Source: Actinomycetes bacterium
Lineage (GTDB): Bacteria > Actinomycetota > Thermoleophilia > BMS3ABIN01
Length of the DNA stretch: 57,335 nucleotides
Reading direction: 5' to 3'
NCBI GenBank assembly: GCA_024275795.1
Contig: JAJRYJ010000049.1
Location: 1-57,335, forward strand
Shown one piece after another: positions 1 to 7,898 of this stretch. The notes under the pieces were generated by a model. It did no database searches, had not been told where the DNA came from, and was given only the letters and a program-made list of their open reading frames with translations. The translations under genes and the position numbers were made by a program. The first letter of the stretch is position 1. Every line of letters begins with the position of its first letter.

Positions 1-24
1 CCGTCCCCAAAAAAGAGATTACCC

Positions 25-135
25 TGAGGGACGTTGGTTCACGAAGTTCAAAAACTTGAGGAAAACCGCAAATCAGCATCACCGAAAAGACATACGCCGA
101 TTGACTTATTGAACTTCGTGAACCAACGTCCCTCA
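25..135. repeat. Palindromic REPIN/MITE-like element, copy 1. It has perfect 27-bp inverted arms (25-51 and 109-135) around a 57-nt spacer.
   Basis: 25-51 TGAGGGACGTTGGTTCACGAAGTTCAA is the exact reverse complement of 109-135. The same arm recurs near 3.75 kb and 32.0 kb. Confidence 0.85.
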
Positions 136-212
136 TGGTCGGGGTGCCCGGATTTGAACCGGGGGCCTCACGGACCCGAACCGTGCGCTCTACCAGACTG
201 AGCCACACCCCG
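136..212 (-). tRNA. tRNA-Pro (anticodon CGG), CCA encoded
   Basis: The reverse complement reads CGGGGTG-TG-GCTC..GAGC-G-CACGG-TTCGGGT-CCGTG-AGGCC-CCCGG-TTCAAAT-CCGGG-CACCCCG-A-CCA. This is a full 77-nt cloverleaf. Confidence 0.95.
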
Positions 213-268
213 ACAATCATGCTTCGATGCCGCCGCACTCGGCCGCGGGCGGCCATCAACCGCGTGTT

Positions 269-277
269 ATTGTAGCA
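269..277 (-). promoter_or_regulatory. Candidate extended -10 promoter (TGCTACAAT) upstream of tRNA-Pro
   Basis: The minus strand reads TGCTACAAT about 55 nt upstream of the tRNA 5' end. The -35 is poor. Confidence 0.3.
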
Positions 278-296
278 CGAAGACTTCCCCGGGATG

Positions 297-323
297 AAAA
301 AGGGCCCGACCGCGGCGGAGCCC
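297..323 (-). terminator. Candidate intrinsic terminator downstream of pilT
   Basis: The minus strand has the GC-rich imperfect hairpin GGGCTCCGCCGCGGTCGGGCCC followed by TTTTTC, about 30 nt after the pilT stop. Confidence 0.4.
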
Positions 324-355
324 TCCCGTTTCACCCATTCGCCTCTTATACCACG

Positions 356-1453
356 TCATACGACACCGCTGATGAGAGAAACGTCGTAGCCCTCCTGCTG
401 CGCCATCAGCTTGAAGTCATGGGGATTGCTGGCGACGCTGGCGGCATCCTGCAGAGTAATCAGCCCGTCCCTGTACAGCTGAAGCAGGGACTGGTCGAAG
501 GTCTGCATGCCGTAATAGTCACCCTCTTTGATGGCCTCGTGAATCTTGAAGGTCTGATTCGAATCAAGCAGCATATCGCGGATGCGTTTAGTCATGATCA
601 TCAACTCCAGCGCCGGCACACGCCCCTTGCCGTCGCTGCGCGGCAACAGACGCTGGGATACGATTCCCCGCAACGACCCGGCCAGCAATATGCGCACCTG
701 TTTCTGCTGATGCAACGGGAAGAAGTCGATGATGCGGTTCACGGTTTCGTTGACGTCGATGGTATGCAGGGTACTCAGCACCAGGTGGCCGGTCTGGGCG
801 GCGGTAAGCGCCGTGCGCACCGTCTCCAGATCCCGCATCTCGCCGATCAGTATCACGTCCGGATCCTGCCTGAGCACATACCTGAGGGCGGTGGAGTAGC
901 TCCTGGTATCGATGCCGATCTCTCTCTGGTTGACGATTGCCTTATTATCCTCGTGCATGATCTCAATGGGATCCTCAACCGTGACGATGTGCCGCCTGAC
1001 GTTCTGGTTGATGTAGTCGAGCATGGTGGCCAGCGTCGTCGTTTTGCCGCTGCCGGTGGCGCCCGTGACCAGTATCAGCCCGCGCGGCTCCAGTGCCAGA
1101 CGCTTGAGTATCGGCGGCAGGTGCAGGTCCTCGAAGCTGGGTATCTTGCTGACGACCTGGCGCATCGCCATGCTGATCGTTCCCCGCTGGCGGAAGACGT
1201 TGACGCGATAGCGGCCCACCCCCACTCCGCTGTAAGCAAAGTCGATCTCGTTCTGTTCCGAGAAGATGGCTATCTGTTTGTCGGTCATCACCGAGGCGGC
1301 ATATTCCTTCATCTCGTCCGGTGTCACCGGGTCCTCATCCAGCAGAAAGAGTTCGCCGTCGATGCGAATAGCCGGCGGTACGCCCGCCTTGAGATGGAGG
1401 TCGGATGCATCCTTCTCCACCACGACCCTGAGTAGCTCGTCGATGCTTTTCAT
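356..1453 (-). CDS. pilT: Type IV pilus retraction (twitching motility) ATPase PilT
   Basis: 365 aa. It has Walker A GATGSGKTTT and PilT-type N-terminus and C-terminus. An AGGAGG lies upstream of the ATG. Confidence 0.9.
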   Translation of the reverse strand: MKSIDELLRVVVEKDASDLHLKAGVPPAIRIDGELFLLDEDPVTPDEMKEYAASVMTDKQIAIFSEQNEIDFAYSGVGVGRYRVNVFRQRGTISMAMRQVVSKIPSFEDLHLPPILKRLALEPRGLILVTGATGSGKTTTLATMLDYINQNVRRHIVTVEDPIEIMHEDNKAIVNQREIGIDTRSYSTALRYVLRQDPDVILIGEMRDLETVRTALTAAQTGHLVLSTLHTIDVNETVNRIIDFFPLHQQKQVRILLAGSLRGIVSQRLLPRSDGKGRVPALELMIMTKRIRDMLLDSNQTFKIHEAIKEGDYYGMQTFDQSLLQLYRDGLITLQDAASVASNPHDFKLMAQQEGYDVSLISGVV

Positions 1454-1613
1454 GGAAAAGCCTCCTGCCTGAAATCGCTGGAATTTCCCCTGTAGGGCCT
1501 CCTATGGATTACTTCGGAAGCCCGCGGGCGATTCTAAAGGTGTGCAGGCACAACCATGCTGGCCTCCATCATTCCTTCAACATCACTCAGCACGGCGACC
1601 CATGCCTGACGCT

Positions 1614-1641
1614 TCGACAGGCTGGGTGAATATGGTAAGCT
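1614..1641 (+). promoter_or_regulatory. Candidate promoter for tRNA-Gln (TCGACA, 16-nt spacer, TGgTAAGCT)
   Basis: The -35-like TCGACA is at 1614-1619 and the extended -10-like TGGTAAGCT ends at 1641. The tRNA starts at 1657. Confidence 0.35.
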
Positions 1642-1656
1642 ATTTGCTGCCGATGC

Positions 1657-1730
1657 TGAGGCGTCGTCTAATGGTAGGACAGCGGACTCTGGATCCGCCG
1701 GTGGAGGTTCTAATCCTCCCGCCTCAGCCA
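1657..1730 (+). tRNA. tRNA-Gln (anticodon CUG), CCA encoded
   Basis: Structure is TGAGGCG-TC-..-GCGGA-CTCTGGA-TCCGC-CGGT-GGAGG-TTCTAAT-CCTCC-CGCCTCA-G-CCA. U1:A72 and G73 are typical of bacterial tRNA-Gln. The T-loop has a pyrimidine at position 57. Confidence 0.9.
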
Positions 1731-1755
1731 TTTCCACCGCCTGTTCCACAGCAAG

Positions 1756-2700
1756 GTGTTTCCGATTGAAGACCTGCGGGAAGAAACCTCTGAATTGACC
1801 GACAACGCCACAATCGTCTGCGAAGACCTGACCAAGTTCTACGGCGACACCCGCGGCATCGAAGGTCTGAACCTGACCATCGGCCGCGGGGAGATCTTCG
1901 GCTTTCTCGGCCCCAACTGCGCCGGCAAGACCACCACCATCCGCCAGCTGATGGGCATGCTGCGGCCTACCCGGGGCTCCGCCAGCATCCTCGGCCTTGA
2001 CTCGTGGCGTGACGCCGTGGAGATCAAGCTGCGAGTCGGCAACATTCCCGGCGGCGTGCGCCTTTACGGCAAGCTCAGGGTCGGCGAACACCTGGATTAT
2101 ATCGACCGTTTCCGCCCCGGTGCCGCTCCCTTACGGCCCGAACTGATCGAGCGCTTCGGGCTGGACGTCCACAAGAAGGTGAAATCCCTCTCCAGCGGCA
2201 ACATCCAGAAGGTCGCCATCGTACTGGCGGTGATGCATGACCCGGAGATATTGATACTGGATGAACCCACCAGCGGGCTGGACCCGCTGATGCAGCAGGA
2301 GTTCTATTCCCTGCTTGAGGAGCTCAGGCAGAAGGGCCGGACCATCTTCCTCTCGTCCCATATCCTCTCAGAGGTGGAACGCGTCTGTGACCGTGTCGGC
2401 ATCGTCCGCGACGGGGCCCTGGTGGACACGCAGTCCATCGAGGATCTCAAGAAAAAGAAGCTTCGCCACATGGATGTGCTCTTCCGTGAGCGCGTGGACG
2501 CCGCCGAGTTCGAAGCCCTGCCCATGGTCACAAAGGTGGAGGCTTCTAACAACCGTATGCGCATCACCGTCCAGGGGGATGTTGCCGCGCTTGTCAAGCA
2601 GCTTGCGAGGCACGACGTGGAGGACCTCACCTTCACTCAGCCAAGCCTCGAGGATTTCTTCCTCGGTTTCTACGGAGAGGAAGTGGACTTAGATCAGTAA
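1756..2700 (+). CDS. ABC transporter ATP-binding protein (ABC-2/DrrA-like exporter type)
   Basis: Walker A GPNCAGKTTT, signature LSSGNIQKV and Walker B ILILDEPTSGLD are present. The start is uncertain: GTG at 1756 or TTG at 1795. Confidence 0.9.
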   Translation: MFPIEDLREETSELTDNATIVCEDLTKFYGDTRGIEGLNLTIGRGEIFGFLGPNCAGKTTTIRQLMGMLRPTRGSASILGLDSWRDAVEIKLRVGNIPGGVRLYGKLRVGEHLDYIDRFRPGAAPLRPELIERFGLDVHKKVKSLSSGNIQKVAIVLAVMHDPEILILDEPTSGLDPLMQQEFYSLLEELRQKGRTIFLSSHILSEVERVCDRVGIVRDGALVDTQSIEDLKKKKLRHMDVLFRERVDAAEFEALPMVTKVEASNNRMRITVQGDVAALVKQLARHDVEDLTFTQPSLEDFFLGFYGEEVDLDQ

Positions 2701-2710
2701 GCTGTTAAAC

Positions 2711-3508
2711 ATGAATCTGCTGGTTCGAGCCCTGCTGGACCGCCGGCTTTCGCTGGGCATCTACTGCCTCGGAGCCGCCGCCTACAGCATCATGATCATC
2801 GCCATCTGGCCGTCCATGTCAGACGACCTGGCGACGCTCGAGCAACTATGGGAGAACTACCCGGAAGGGCTGAAAGCAGCCTTCGGCGCCGGTGTCTCCA
2901 TCACCACCATTGACGGCTTCTTGACGCTGGAATACTTCGCCCTGATGTGGGTCATCATCGTGGCGCCCTTCGCCATCGCCGTGACCACCGGCGCCATCGC
3001 CGGCGAGATCGAGAAAGGCACCATGGAACTGCTGCTCTCCCAGCCGCTGCCGCGGCGTGTCATCGCCCTCACGCGCCTGGCCTACCTGAAGATCGGACTG
3101 GCGCTGATCATCGCCGCCACCATGCTTCCCATCCTCATCGGCGTCCCCCTGATCGATGAACAGGCAAGCTTCAGCGGCATACTGGCCCTGAGCCTCCAGG
3201 GATACCTGCTGTTCCTCGCCATCGGCGGCATCGGTTTCCTCTTCTCATCGCTGGCAAGTGACCGGGGCCGTGCCGTATTCCTGGCGGTGGGCGTGCTTAT
3301 CTTCTCCTATGCCCTGGACCTGCTCTCCCAGTTCAGCGACATCGTGGAGAACTTCCATTTTCTGTCGCTGTTCAACTACTACGATCCCTACCGCTACCTC
3401 AGTAGCGCCGATATCGCCTGGGGGGACCTGGCGGTACTGCTTGCCATAGCCGTCGCCACCGACCTGGCGGCCACCGCTATCTTCCAGCGGCGCGATATCG
3501 CAGTTTGA
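2711..3508 (+). CDS. ABC-2 family transporter permease
   Basis: 265 aa with multiple hydrophobic spans. It lies immediately downstream of the ATPase, 10 nt away. Confidence 0.8.
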   Translation: MNLLVRALLDRRLSLGIYCLGAAAYSIMIIAIWPSMSDDLATLEQLWENYPEGLKAAFGAGVSITTIDGFLTLEYFALMWVIIVAPFAIAVTTGAIAGEIEKGTMELLLSQPLPRRVIALTRLAYLKIGLALIIAATMLPILIGVPLIDEQASFSGILALSLQGYLLFLAIGGIGFLFSSLASDRGRAVFLAVGVLIFSYALDLLSQFSDIVENFHFLSLFNYYDPYRYLSSADIAWGDLAVLLAIAVATDLAATAIFQRRDIAV

Positions 3509-3533
3509 AAGAAGCGTCCGCCCTGTGTAAAAT
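3505..3533 (+). promoter_or_regulatory. Sigma-70-type promoter for tRNA-Glu (TTGAAA, 17 nt, TAAAAT)
   Basis: TTGAAA is at 3505-3510, the spacer is 17 nt, and TAAAAT is at 3528-3533. The tRNA begins at 3577. Confidence 0.6.
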
Positions 3534-3576
3534 CTCTCTCTGGAAGTCGTCTGCAGGCTTCCGGGAGCATGCATGT

Positions 3577-3652
3577 GGCGCATTCGTCTAGTGGCCTAGG
3601 ACGCCGGCCTCTCACGCCGGTAGCAGGGGTTCGAATCCCCTATGCGCTACCA
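3577..3652 (+). tRNA. tRNA-Glu (anticodon CUC), CCA encoded
   Basis: Structure is GGCGCAT-TC-GTCTAGTGGCCTAGGAC-G-CCGGC-CTCTCAC-GCCGG-TAGC-AGGGG-TTCGAAT-CCCCT-ATGCGCT-A-CCA. It aligns closely to classical tRNA-Glu. Confidence 0.93.
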
Positions 3653-3681
3653 ACTTCTTCCCACTCTTCCCCGAGAGTTTC

Positions 3682-3776
3682 TTGACTCATCAATCAACGT
3701 CCCTCAGGGATTATTCTTCAGCCGGCATCTTCCTGGTCCTGAGTTATTGAACTTTGTGAACCAACGTCCCTCAGGG
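3682..3776. repeat. Locus 2 of the palindromic-element family. One full arm (3747-3773) and one truncated arm (3694-3709) lie in the same orientation.
   Basis: 3747-3773 TTGAACTTTGTGAACCAACGTCCCTCA matches the copy 1 arm at 26/27. The 15-mer CAACGTCCCTCAGGG occurs at both 3695-3709 and 3762-3776. Confidence 0.75.
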
Positions 3777-5250
3777 TGAGGGCGTTGGTGATGCGGTCGA
3801 GTGATTTATCCCTTCCGAGGACTGACAGCGTCTCGAACATCCCCGGCGTCACGGTCTTGCCGCTCACCGCTATGCGCAGCGGCTGCAGGAACTTCCCGAG
3901 CTTGACATCGATCTCATCGGCCTTGCGCCTGAGTGCAGCTTCAATGTTCTCGATATCGAATGGCTCAACCTGCTGCAGCGCTTCGGCGGCCGCATCCAGG
4001 AGTTCAGCAGCCCGGTCGTTCCCCGTCAGCTTCCTGAGCGCTTTCTTCTCGAACTCAAGCGGCAGAAAGAAGAAGTCCGTGAGTTCGACGAAGTCCTCGA
4101 GGGTCTTCATCTTTTCCTGCACCAGCGGTACGAGGTCGTCGATGTCCGGGTTTCCGTCCCTGCCGGGAAGGCCGGCCAGCTTCGTTCCCGGCAGGTAGGC
4201 CTCCAACCGCTCCGCCAGCTCCACCGGCTCCAACTCGCGTATGTAATGGCCGTTCATCCAGAGCAGCTTGTCCATGTCGAAGGCCGCCGCCGTGCTGCCT
4301 ACGCGTTCGATGCTGAACTTCTCCACGAGCTCATCCATGCTGAACAGGGTGCTCTCGGCGTCAAAGCTCCATCCCAGCAGCGCCAGGTAGTTGCAGAGTG
4401 CCTCTCTCAGAAAACCCCGGGAGCGGAATTCCTCGATGGAGACCGCTCCGTGACGCTTTGAAAGGGGCGCCCTGTCGGGACCCAGTATCAGCGGCAGGTG
4501 TCCATAGAGGGGAGGCTTCTTTCCCAGGGCCTCGGCCACCATTATCTGTTTCGGTGTGTTGGGCAGGTGATCATCGCCGCGGATGACATGGGTAATCTCC
4601 ATGGCCGTGTCATCGATGGCGACGGCGAAATTGTATGTGGGGACGCCGTTTGAGCGCACCAGGATGAAGTCGCCGCAAAGAGCGTTCTCGAAGCTGACCT
4701 CTCCACGCACCAGGTCATGGACCAGCGTATGGCCTTCTGAGGGCGTCTTCAGGCGGATCACGGACTCCCGTCCCCGTCCCCCTCCGCCGTTGCCTGCATC
4801 AACAGACGCCTCCAGGTTGCGGCAGCGGCCGCTGTAGACGTAAGGCACCTCCCGCTTGCGAGCCTCCCTGCGCTCTCCGTCGAGCTCCTCAGGCGTGCAA
4901 TAGCACCTGTAGGCCCTTTTCTCTGCAAGCAACCTCTCGGCGGCGTCGGCGTAAAGCTGTCTGCGCTCCATCTGCCGGTAGGGTCCATGAGCACCCCCTA
5001 CTCCCGGACCCTCGTCCCAGTCAAGGCCCAGCCAGCTCAGGCTGGTGATGATCTGGTCGATGGCTGCGTCGTTTGACCTCTCCGTATCCGTATCCTCGAT
5101 CCTGAGTACGAAGGCGCCGCCGCTGCTCCTGGCCAGCAGCCAGTTGTAAAGAGCGGTACGGGCCCCTCCCAGATGAAGGTGTCCCGTGGGGCTGGGCGCG
5201 AAACGCACCCTGATATCGCTGCCTTTCAAGTCATTCACTGAATTCTCCAT
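3718..5250 (-). CDS. gltX: Glutamyl-tRNA synthetase
   Basis: It has the HIGH motif (PSPTGHLHLGGARTALYNWL) and a KMSKS-like PLSKRHG. The start is placed at MENSVNDLKG (ATG 5250), the nearest in-frame start upstream of the conserved N-terminus. The last 18 codons run through the repeat arm. Confidence 0.9.
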   Translation of the reverse strand: MENSVNDLKGSDIRVRFAPSPTGHLHLGGARTALYNWLLARSSGGAFVLRIEDTDTERSNDAAIDQIITSLSWLGLDWDEGPGVGGAHGPYRQMERRQLYADAAERLLAEKRAYRCYCTPEELDGERREARKREVPYVYSGRCRNLEASVDAGNGGGGRGRESVIRLKTPSEGHTLVHDLVRGEVSFENALCGDFILVRSNGVPTYNFAVAIDDTAMEITHVIRGDDHLPNTPKQIMVAEALGKKPPLYGHLPLILGPDRAPLSKRHGAVSIEEFRSRGFLREALCNYLALLGWSFDAESTLFSMDELVEKFSIERVGSTAAAFDMDKLLWMNGHYIRELEPVELAERLEAYLPGTKLAGLPGRDGNPDIDDLVPLVQEKMKTLEDFVELTDFFFLPLEFEKKALRKLTGNDRAAELLDAAAEALQQVEPFDIENIEAALRRKADEIDVKLGKFLQPLRIAVSGKTVTPGMFETLSVLGRDKSLDRITNALTLRDVGSQSSITQDQEDAG

Positions 5251-5347
5251 CCTTGAAGTCTCCGTCCTGTTTATCCCGCTGTCGCTCCCGCATGCTTCAT
5301 CCTCCGTCCGCTCCCTCCATTCATCCCATTTTCGCAGAAACAGAGCC

Positions 5348-5376
5348 AAAGAAAAGGCCCGGCTGACGCCGGGCCT
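5348..5376 (-). terminator. Intrinsic terminator after the NlpC/P60 gene
   Basis: The minus strand reads GGCCCGGC-GTCA-GCCGGGCC followed by TTTTCTTT. Confidence 0.75.
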
Positions 5377-5431
5377 CATTGTTCCCATTTATTAGCGCGT
5401 CCCGCGAACCGCCGGGCCGAAGCCTGCTTTT

Positions 5432-6616
5432 CTAATACCTGCGGGCTCCCCGGTAAGAACCGCCGCCGGATACAGAGGAATACATGACCGAGGCTCCGGG
5501 ATAGGGAGCGTGTATCATGCTGCCGCCGCCGGCATAGATGCCCACATGGCTGATGCCGCCGCTACCGAAGAACACCAGATCGCCCGGGGCCAGCTGCGAG
5601 TAGTCGATAGGCGTCCCCATGCCGAACTGGGCAGCCGCCGAGTGCGGCAGGTAAACGCCGATCTGTGAATATACGTATAAAGTGAGCCCTGAGCAGTCGA
5701 ACCCGGAGGGCGAAGCGCCGCCCCATACGTAGGGTACGCCGATATACTGCTGCGCAATACCTACTACGCCGCCGGCAGTCGGTGCGGGCGCGGGACCATA
5801 GCCGCCACCGCCACCTGAGCTGCTTCCGCCGCCGTCGCTGGCACCGCCGCCACCGCCACCTGAACTATCAGCCGCCACCTGGGCGTTGAAGCTGGCCTCG
5901 TTGGCCGCCGCCTGGGCCGCTTCCAGCTCGGCGATATCCGCTTCGATGCTCGAAAGAGCCGCGTTCCTCTCATTGATGCTGGCCTCGATGTCAGCCTTCT
6001 CTGAGGCCAACTGCGATACCAGGCTCTCCTGGGTCGACTTGTCCTCGGCCAGCTGCGCCTGCGCCGCTTCCACCTGCGCCTTCAGCATCTTCACCTGTTC
6101 CACGTCGTCGCGGTCCTGCTCGCCCACCTTGGTCAGCATGTCGAACTTGGTGAGGAAATCAGTCAGGTCTTCCGTCTCCATCAGCACGTCGATCATCTCC
6201 ACCGAACCATTGCGGTAGATTGCCTCGACGCGCTCGTCCAGCCGCGCCTGCGTCACCTCGAGAGTCGCCATGGTCTCCTGCAGGGTCGCCTCGTTCTCGG
6301 CGATCTCACCTTCAATGCGAGACAACTCGTAACTGGCATAGTTGTAGTTCTCGACCTTGGCCTGCAGTTCGCTGTTCATGGACGCTATTTCGCTGCGCAC
6401 AGCGTCCGCGTCAGCCTGCCTGCTCGAGATGTCATCGGCAGGCGCAGCCCCCGCAAGTGCAACGAGAGTGAACAGGGCTACCAGTCCGATGATGGGGACA
6501 CATACTAAGAAGACGCCAATATGCCGTCTTCCGGGGGATTTTTTTTGTGGGGATGCTTCGCGAGAGGGAGTTACGCTGCGTCCTGATAATGCGTGTAGCT
6601 TAACTCTGATACTCAT
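5432..6616 (-). CDS. Secreted coiled-coil plus NlpC/P60 peptidoglycan endopeptidase (CwlO/RipA-like architecture)
   Basis: It has an N-terminal TM/signal segment, a long heptad-rich region, a Gly/Ser linker, and a C-terminal NlpC/P60 core (GFDCSGL ... HVGIY). An AGGAGG precedes the ATG. Confidence 0.85.
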   Translation of the reverse strand: MSIRVKLHALSGRSVTPSREASPQKKSPGRRHIGVFLVCVPIIGLVALFTLVALAGAAPADDISSRQADADAVRSEIASMNSELQAKVENYNYASYELSRIEGEIAENEATLQETMATLEVTQARLDERVEAIYRNGSVEMIDVLMETEDLTDFLTKFDMLTKVGEQDRDDVEQVKMLKAQVEAAQAQLAEDKSTQESLVSQLASEKADIEASINERNAALSSIEADIAELEAAQAAANEASFNAQVAADSSGGGGGGASDGGGSSSGGGGGYGPAPAPTAGGVVGIAQQYIGVPYVWGGASPSGFDCSGLTLYVYSQIGVYLPHSAAAQFGMGTPIDYSQLAPGDLVFFGSGGISHVGIYAGGGSMIHAPYPGASVMYSSVSGGGSYRGARRY

Positions 6617-6787
6617 CGCCTCCTTTTGAACGCTGTCCGCGTCTCCAGTTGGCTGATTTGCATTGCTTAATTCAAAACCTCGTCGAGATTAGCAAAGCCC
6701 CCGGACGAATGCAACACGATATGGGAAAAATTAACATTTAATGCACAAATATCCCGCAAATTGCGTAATTATTGAATGAATATCCAC

Positions 6788-7855
6788 TCATGAGGCAAAA
6801 TATTCTCTCAAGCCCTCGAATATGGCCTCCGCCACCCGGTCAGTCAGCTCATCATCAATCAGCCTGCCCACCACATCGTCGGCCGTGATGAACAGCGGTT
6901 CCACCATCACCGTCGCCATTTCCGTCTCCCGCAGCACGGCGTAATTGCGGCCCAGAACCGGCAGCGCCGTGATCTTCAGGCTCGCCGCCAGCCTGGCCAC
7001 GATGTGTTCCGCCAGCTTGCGGCCTCGCTCGGAATAGTAACCCTGGCGACAGAAGTAATACGCTGCCGCTCCCTGGGCCCTGCCACTGGGATTGCTGTTG
7101 TGGTGGATGCTGACGCAGACGTCCGCGCCTGCCAGGTTGGCCGCCGCCGGGCGCTCGTACAGCGGTACATCCTGATCTCCGTCGCGTGTATTGACCACCT
7201 GCGAACCGGACGCCTCAAGCAGCCTCGTCAGGCCCCTGGCCACCCTGAGATTTACGTCCTTCTCCGCGATGCCTTCACTGTTCACGGCGCCCGTGTCATC
7301 GCCGCCGTGGCCTGCATCGATGGCGAAGGTCAGTTCCGCAAGATCCCTTCCCCCCAGGTATCCACCGTCGCGGTCGGGAATCTTGGTTTCATCCACATGG
7401 GGCTCTCCGTCCTTGGTTACTTTTTCAACCACCCGCAGCACGGAGTCATCTACCATGCCATCCATGATCAGGCCGGAGTTCTTCTGGAAATCCAGGACCG
7501 CCCGCTCGGTGATGGGCCCGAAGATGCCGTCCTCAGGTCCGGCGTTGAAGCCGAGGCAGTTCAGGGATCGCTGCAACTTGACCACATCGGCGCCGCGGAA
7601 CGGGGGGATACGCAGGTAGAGCAGCCTCTCCCCCGTCTCGTACTTGGATTCCACCAGTTCGCACCAGGTATTCTCGCCGACGATGCCGTCGGCCAGCAGG
7701 CCGTTCTGCTGCTGGTAGAGTTCGACGGCGGTCCGGGTATCCTCACCGAACAGTCCATCCACGCCGTCGGTGCCCACGTCGAAGCCCAGCGCCCGCAGGC
7801 GCGACTGGACGTCGAGCACCTCCTTGCCCCTGTCACCTGGTTTTAGCGTCTTCAT
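6788..7855 (-). CDS. N-acetylmuramoyl-L-alanine amidase (Amidase_3) with two PG_binding_1 repeats
   Basis: Two LxxGxxGxxVxxLQxxL-type repeats are followed by an amidase core (AIDAGHGG ... SIHHNS ... VEPLFIT). Confidence 0.85.
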   Translation of the reverse strand: MKTLKPGDRGKEVLDVQSRLRALGFDVGTDGVDGLFGEDTRTAVELYQQQNGLLADGIVGENTWCELVESKYETGERLLYLRIPPFRGADVVKLQRSLNCLGFNAGPEDGIFGPITERAVLDFQKNSGLIMDGMVDDSVLRVVEKVTKDGEPHVDETKIPDRDGGYLGGRDLAELTFAIDAGHGGDDTGAVNSEGIAEKDVNLRVARGLTRLLEASGSQVVNTRDGDQDVPLYERPAAANLAGADVCVSIHHNSNPSGRAQGAAAYYFCRQGYYSERGRKLAEHIVARLAASLKITALPVLGRNYAVLRETEMATVMVEPLFITADDVVGRLIDDELTDRVAEAIFEGLREYFAS

Positions 7856-7898
7856 CGGTTACACAGGTTAACCCCTGCCGCCCCCCGATTCAAACGGC

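Noticed and set aside
25-135. Palindromic elements as integron attC sites or CRISPR repeats
   Set aside because: The arms contain GTTGGTT/AACCAAC, which only loosely resembles the attC core GTTRRRY. There is no intI gene or cassette array. The copies are dispersed singly at gene 3' ends, not in a regularly spaced array, and no cas genes are present.
227-1435. 402-aa plus-strand ORF opposite pilT. Similar long antisense ORFs lie at 34442-36157 (opposite alaS), 49961-51631 (aspS), 43113-44390 (hybrid HK), 38112-39353 (ECF/anti-sigma), 23166-24356 (dgt) and 10059-10916 (thiC).
   Set aside because: Each lies opposite a gene with clear family motifs. None has a recognisable domain or RBS. They are GC-driven shadow ORFs.
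1657-1730. tRNA-Gln as a pseudo-tRNA because of the unusual T-loop (TTCTAAT, pyrimidine at position 57)
   Set aside because: All four stems pair perfectly. The identity elements U1:A72 and G73 and the CUG anticodon are intact, and CCA is encoded. It is most likely functional.
5251-5347. T-box leaders upstream of the aminoacyl-tRNA synthetase genes gltX, glyQS (30218-30341), aspS (51542-51614), hisS and alaS
   Set aside because: The leaders are too short (73-124 nt) or absent. I could not find the conserved T-box sequence (AAnnnGGGTGGTACCGCG-like) in any of them.
6617-6787. Cyclic-di-AMP (ydaO-type) riboswitch upstream of the NlpC/P60 gene
   Set aside because: The context fits, but I could not find the conserved ACGGGG / CCGA pseudo-symmetric blocks by eye. 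It is kept only as an unexplained leader. A covariance-model scan is needed.
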